Positions 58,587 to 64,000 of a DNA stretch of 64,000 nucleotides are shown here, in pieces; the first letter of the stretch is position 1, and each line of letters opens with the position of its first letter. Made by a program: the position numbers and the translations under genes. Location of the stretch: the NCBI GenBank assembly GCA_950097015.1, contig CATNEN010000025.1, forward strand, positions 3,472,001 through 3,536,000, in the 5' to 3' direction. The stretch comes from Macrostomum hystrix (lineage: Eukaryota; Animalia; Platyhelminthes). Below the pieces are notes generated by a model that was not told where the DNA came from, ran no database searches, and was given only the letters and a program-made list of their open reading frames with translations.

Positions 58587-61500
58587 ATGGCGAGAACAAA
58601 GCAGGCGCCCAGAAAAAGTGGAACCAGCAATTTGTTCCCCATTCAGCAGCAGGTGCAGCAGGAGCAGCAGCAGCAGCAGCAGCAGGACTCAGAGGAAGAG
58701 AAAAGCGAAGCTGAGACAGGCTCGGCGACTGCCGAGTCAGAGGCAGAGACCGAGGAGGCGAAGAGTCTGTTCTCTAGCAATACCGAGTCTAAGCGCCCCC
58801 GACGACGCCAAGACGAAGCCGCCGAGGGACCGGAGACTCGGCTGAGCACAAAGAATTCTCAGGCGATTCACAGCGCCTACGATCGGCTGCAGCTCGAGAG
58901 GAACGCTCTAGATGTGAGCAACTATGCTCAGATTTCTATGCATTGAGTATTTTTGTTTACCTCTTAGATTAGACGTTGTGTAGCCTAGTAGTGTAGAGCG
59001 TTAGTATTGCGACTTGAAGGTCGGGGGTTCGATTCCCTCTGCCTCCTCTTCTCTTCCCTCCAGTCCACAGACTGAACAGCTGTCTTCAGATCAACTCAAT
59101 TGCGGGAGGTGTAATCAAAAAATAATTAATTTGTAATTAATTAGACCGCGGTGTTAACCTGTTAGACTCTGTCATAGAGCTAGACAAGATAGTAATTTTA
59201 AATATAAACGTGACTATTTTACTTTCTCTGCTTCCAGGGAAAGTTCGATCAGCTGCTAAAGCAGCGTTCAGAAAAGCAGGTGGTCTGCTGCTCCGATGGA
59301 CCGCGCGAATTCGACCCCACCCTGCCGCTGTGGACCTCACTGTGGACTGACATGACTCTGAGAAATTTCGCCAAGGAATTGGTAAGCGTTAAAAAATACA
59401 TTTTTACCTTTCCATTTTCTTATCGTCTTTATTCTCTTTTCATATTGTCACCGCCGACCCCAAACACCGCAGGTGAAGAAGGACTCGGCGAGCTTCTTCC
59501 AATTGTCCTTCCGCGGCGAAGCCTACATCACCGACCAGGGCATCCGCTGGCTCTGCGACGCATTCGAGAAGGAGCACAAAGATCCAGAAAAGATAAAGGT
59601 TCGACCTCACTTAGTCTTGATGGGCAAGAAGTATTTTTATTTAGAATAATGAGGTCGGGCATTAAGGGGAAAAATTTATGTTTTTAAATTGTCAATTGCA
59701 GAAAATCCAGATGAACGTGGACCTACAGCACTGCCCGGCCATCACAGCCAATGCCGTCGCCCTACTGACTAGAACTTTCTCCAGCGCCTCCGTGGTGAGA
59801 TCCGACCTTGCTAGCAGACTGGACAGCGAGGAGGTGAAGAAGAACAAAGGTAATTGGATTGCTTGCTGCTGCAAAGGTACCCAGGAGATAACTGGTCTCT
59901 TAACTTATTTCTTCAGTTTTATATTTTCTAATGAAACCACGCTCTCCCCTTTTTATCCTCTGCTCTCCTCTTCTCATCCATCGCTTTCCCCTTTCTTTCC
60001 CCCCGCTCTCCCCTTTCTTTTCCACCGCTTTCCCCTTCTCTTCCACCGCTCTCCCCTTTCTTTTCCACCGCTCTTCCCTTCTCTTCCACCGCTCTCCCCT
60101 TCTCATCCACCGCTCTCCCCTTCTCATCCACCGCTCTCCTCTTCTCTTCCACCGCTCTCCCCTTCTCATCCACCGCTCTCCCCTTCTCATCCACCGCTCT
60201 CCCCTTCTCATCCACCGCTCTCCCCTTCTTATCCACCGCTCTCCGCTCTGATTCCCAGATCCACCCCTGACTCTACTCCGCCCACCCTTTTCCAACACAC
60301 TCCCTGCAGAACTGGCCGAGGAGATGGCCGTCAGCAGCTTGCTGTTCGTGTCGCTGCCGGAGGTACAATTCAGCGCGATGTCAGCCGTCAAGGAAGGCAA
60401 GCTGCGGGCAGCCGGCAGTCGGGGAGTCACGGTTGACGACAAATTTATGAAGATTGGCGATGCCGATGTGGTGGCAGCCGAACTCTGCATGTCGGTGCGT
60501 AAAAAACTTTTTTTCTACAGATTCAACTAACGATTGGAGCGGCTTGCTAGACTAGCCTACTAGTAGTAATGTGTAAAGAAACAAAATCGAAAACATTTCC
60601 TTATTTTACCTGTTCAGGCGTACAATTCTCAGTACTTCCCCAGCCAACCGGACCAGGTGGTGATGGTGGTTCTGAACGATTTCGACAGGGCGGTCAGCCA
60701 CATCGTCGAGACTTTGGTCACATTCTTGTCTAGGGTGAGTGAACTGGTCGAGATCCGTGTGGATACGGATGTCAGGAGGATGGGATGAATGTCAAGAGGG
60801 AAATGCAAGAAGTTGGGGATATTGTCAGGAGGTTTGGGAGAATGTCTGGAGGTTGGGTAGGATGTCAGGAGGGTAGAGAGAGTCTGAGGAGGGTAGGGAG
60901 AATCTCAGGAGGGTGAGGAAAATGTCAGGAGTGTAGGGAGAATGTAAGGAGGGTAGGGAGAATGTCAGGAGGTTGGGGAGTATGTCAGGAGGGTAGTGAG
61001 AATGGCAGGAGGGTCGGGTGGATGTAGGAAGGTAGGGAGGATGTCAGGAGGGTAGGAAGAATGTCAGAAGGGTAGGGAGAATGTCAGGAGGGTAGGGAGA
61101 ATCTCAGGAGGGTAGGGAGAACTTCCGGAGGGTAGGGAGAATCTCAGGAGGGTAGGAAGAATGTCAGAAGGGTCGGGAGAATGTCAGGAGGGTAGGAAGA
61201 ATGTCAGAAGGGTCGGGAGAATGTCAGGAGGTAGGAAGAATGTCAGAAGGGTAGGGAGAATGTCAGGAGGTTGGGGAGAATGTCAGGTAGCTGGGAGAAT
61301 AGCAGGAGGGTCGGGTGGATGTAGGAAGGTAGGGAGGATGTCAGGAGGTTGACAAAGACTTCACTTCCCGCAGGCAAATCCAGCTCTTAGGCTGCCAGAG
61401 CCGGCCGTCAAGCGCAGGCTGGCCGCGGTCTCAGACGAGTCGCTGCCTGATCTGCCGGACAAGCCCAGAGTTGCGCGCAGTGGTGGCGCGGAGATCGAGG

Positions 61501-63895
61501 CCAATGAAAAAATTGAGATGCTGAAGGGAAGCGACTATCACCATGTTGGCATGAAGATTAGCAACAACTGGATGTGAGTCTTTGCTGATCGATTCATTTA
61601 CGGAATTGAGTTCGCTTTAGTTGGTTTTAAACACATTTTCTGACGCGGGGAAACAAGGCTCAACCCTCATAATAAAATAATGATTGCAGGAGGGCTGCGG
61701 GCAGTGGCACATCATTTGGCGACACTGGACCCGCAGCGAGGAGGCAATTCTGCCCATTTCGCTGACTCCCGATCACACACGCAAACATATTCTGTACGCA
61801 GGCCCACATTCACACAGGTGTGTACATCTGCCCTGACTTTCTCATCGTCAGGCAGCTAGTGTACACTCTCACTGTGCCTTGGAGGTTGGCCCTCATGGGC
61901 TTAAATTGCACGACAAGCCCACAAGCCTTCTCTCTGCGGCTGCGCCCCAAATGAATGTGGCCTCGCCGTGGAATCGAGCTCGGGGACCTTGGCGCGAGAG
62001 GCAAACGCGTTAGACCTCTCTGCCACTAACCCCCCAACCTCCTGAGCCAATCAAAAAGTTTTGTCAGCGAAGGACTAAATGACCTAAATACATTCCGTTA
62101 ACCCGACCTGCAGTCTACCAATGGAGGACTGCGGCAGCATGTTCGTCAGCAACAAGGCTCTGGACATCGCCAAGCCCAGCTCCGTGTTCTCCGTGGTAGT
62201 CGCCGACTGCTCCGAGTGCACAGTGGGGCTGCTTCGCATGGACCCGATGTGGTTCAATTTTGCCCAGAAGTTTCACAGCTTCGCAGACATCACGGAGCGG
62301 GCGACTGTGAAGCTAGAATTCAGTGATTTTGGCAAGGAGTTGTGAGTATTGAATACCATATGTGGGCAGGGCATTTATTCCTGGAAATGTCACTGATGAA
62401 AATATTCAACGATCGCTACCTTCGAGATGTAAACTCAGAAAATGAAATTACATTTTTTGTGTAACACTAACTGTATGTACTTTAATAGATTCACTCTCAA
62501 TAAATAAGTATTAAATGTTGCATCTCCACTGATTCAATGTGCTCTCAATATGCAGGCTTGATGAGTGTAACTTCAATATTTTCAATAACTTTATATCGCT
62601 GAATATCCTGACGATGCTTTGAAAGTTAGTTAGTTCATCGTAAACGTCAGAAAATTTTCATCCAAATTTTGGACCGTCAAGAAAGTCGGTCATTTGGTTT
62701 GGGAGCTGTCGTGAGGTAGGCAGTGGGTATTTTTAATACCTCTCCAGTGTCCTTCCCACGGGCAATAGCCTGGTCTTTCTGCTGCTATTGTGCACTGATT
62801 TCACTGAGTCCCACCAACCAATCGCATCGCAGCAAGCTCAGCTGCGTTAAGGACGACGGCAAGCTGGCGACGCCAGCCACGTGGAGAACGGCCGCATTCG
62901 CTTCGGACACGGACCAGTTTGTGGTGTCCATCGAGGTGCGCAAAGCCGCACTCAGCAACGAGTCGAACATGGTGCACATCCTCCTGAACAACACGACGGT
63001 GCATCAGTTCATCGTGAAATCGACCGCTCTGTCGCGCGGCGGCCAGCAGCAGAAGAGCGGCGAAGTGACGCAGACGGTGCACGAAGGCATCTTCGGTTAC
63101 GTCAGCTGCCCCAAAGGCAAAGCCGGCCGGTCAGCCTTCTACCCGCTGGCCGAGGCCGACAGTCCGATCTACAAGACGTCTGGCTCAAGCGCGCCAGCTG
63201 CGACCAAACCGAAAAAGGACGAAGCTGAAGCCGCTACGAGCGCTGACAGCGATCTGGCGGTTGGAACCCCGCTGCACACGCCGCCGTTTCGCGTCCTCTG
63301 CCACCGGATGTTGCAGGCGGCGTCGGGTTCAACAGTTGGCCGAGTTCGCGAGGCAGTTTCGGCCGAGTTAAAGCGTGTTCGCGACCGCCTCGATGCGGAG
63401 GCCAAGAAGCTGACGAATGCAATCGAGAAGGCCGGCGACGGAGTATTTCTGCAGCAGCTGCGCTGGGCGGAGCTCACCGCCACCGCTGAGCGAATCGAAG
63501 CCTATTTGAAGACTCGACTCGGCGACGACCTGGAAGTGTTCGGCACCGACCAGCTGGCTGAGCTGCGCGCCGCATTGGCGGCCACTTCGCAGGCGGCAGT
63601 TGAAGCCCTGCTGCCTGACCGTCTCTGGCGTATTCGGCAAGTCAAGGAGGCGCTGAAGGTAGCCACCGAGGAGGCCGAGAAGAAGGGCCGAATCCGAGCA
63701 TTGGACTGCCTGGCTGAGGCAGACAAAAAGTACGGCCGATTGCAGCTTGTCGAAGCGTTACAGTGGCTGCACGAGAGAGTGAGTCCTCGGACCTTGGAGA
63801 CCATGCAAGGCGGTGGTCAACTTCGTAGCGAATTCGAACTCGGGAGGTTTTTAGCCTTCATAAATGGCACATACCTTAACCAGCACAAGCCATAG
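58587..63895 (+). CDS. Uncharacterised ~845-aa protein: H3-tail-like N-terminus, polyQ/acidic linker, LRR region, degenerate Roc/COR-like region, helical C-terminus: join(58587..58913,59238..59381,59473..59598,59702..59849,60310..60494,60618..60734,61374..61573,62114..62341,62833..63895)
   Basis: Nine GC-rich exons with GT-AG sites and matching phases (0,0,0,1,0,0,2,2) give one open frame of 2538 nt. LRR-like segments: LSFRGEAYITDQGIRWL and VDLQHCPAITANAVALL. The domain labels are from motif reading only. Confidence 0.85.
58974..59130 (+). mobile_element. SINE family A, centrally deleted copy
   Basis: Head gcgacttgaaggtcgggggttcgattcc joined almost directly to cagtccacagactgaacagctg. Confidence 0.75.
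59940..60260. repeat. 21-bp pyrimidine-rich minisatellite (ttctcatccaccgctctcccc)
   Basis: Tandem periodicity in intron 4 of the 58587 gene. Confidence 0.92.
60770..61350. repeat. 20-bp purine-rich minisatellite (gagaatgtcaggagggtagg)
   Basis: Tandem periodicity in intron 6 of the 58587 gene. Confidence 0.92.
61668..62035 (-). mobile_element. SINE family B, near full length
   Basis: tRNA-like head and shared body and tail; matches 38640..38978. Confidence 0.88.
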
Positions 63896-64000
63896 ATTTC
63901 ACTGCCATTCAATAGACGGGGAGCCTTAAACCCATGAATGCGAATTTCAAACACCTGCATTTGGAACATAAATGAAATTTACTACTATTATAAGTAGCAA

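Noticed and set aside
58587-58946. Histone H3 or CENP-A gene
   Set aside because: Only the first 10 residues match; no histone-fold sequence occurs in any downstream exon.
62723-63895. Stand-alone 390-aa gene
   Set aside because: The acceptor at 62832 is in phase with the preceding exon; this is the last exon of the 58587 gene and its first 37 codons are intronic.

Overview
Eukaryotic (metazoan) genomic DNA with GT-AG introns, GC-rich exons and minisatellite-laden introns. The style suggests a free-living flatworm such as Macrostomum; this is inferred, not proven. Five spliced genes can be assembled by hand with consistent splice phases, in alternating orientation. (1) A complex tropomyosin gene (+, 899-11441) with a short-isoform first exon, an upstream route adding a ~400-aa disordered N-terminus reminiscent of the atypical tropomyosin Tm1-I/C, duplicated exons 8 and 9, and an orphan exon-6-like copy. 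(2) A type II phosphatidylinositol-phosphate kinase, PIP4K2 (-, 14871-17165). (3) A Shal/Kv4 potassium channel (+, 19917-43016) whose intron 2 holds an ~8 kb 28-bp satellite. (4) An Inactive/OSM-9-type TRPV channel (-, 44632-56444) ending in a Thr-Gly repeat. (5) An unnamed ~845-aa gene (+, 58587-63895) that begins with a histone-H3-tail mimic (ARTKQAPRKS) but has no histone fold; it continues into leucine-rich repeats and an apparently degenerate Roc/COR-like region. Non-genic content comprises two tRNA-derived SINE families, a MITE, an unusual DNA hairpin and about 20 different tandem arrays. No CRISPR array, rRNA or genuine tRNA gene is supported. The strongest novelty candidates are the H3-tail-mimic LRR/Roco-like protein and the atypical tropomyosin.
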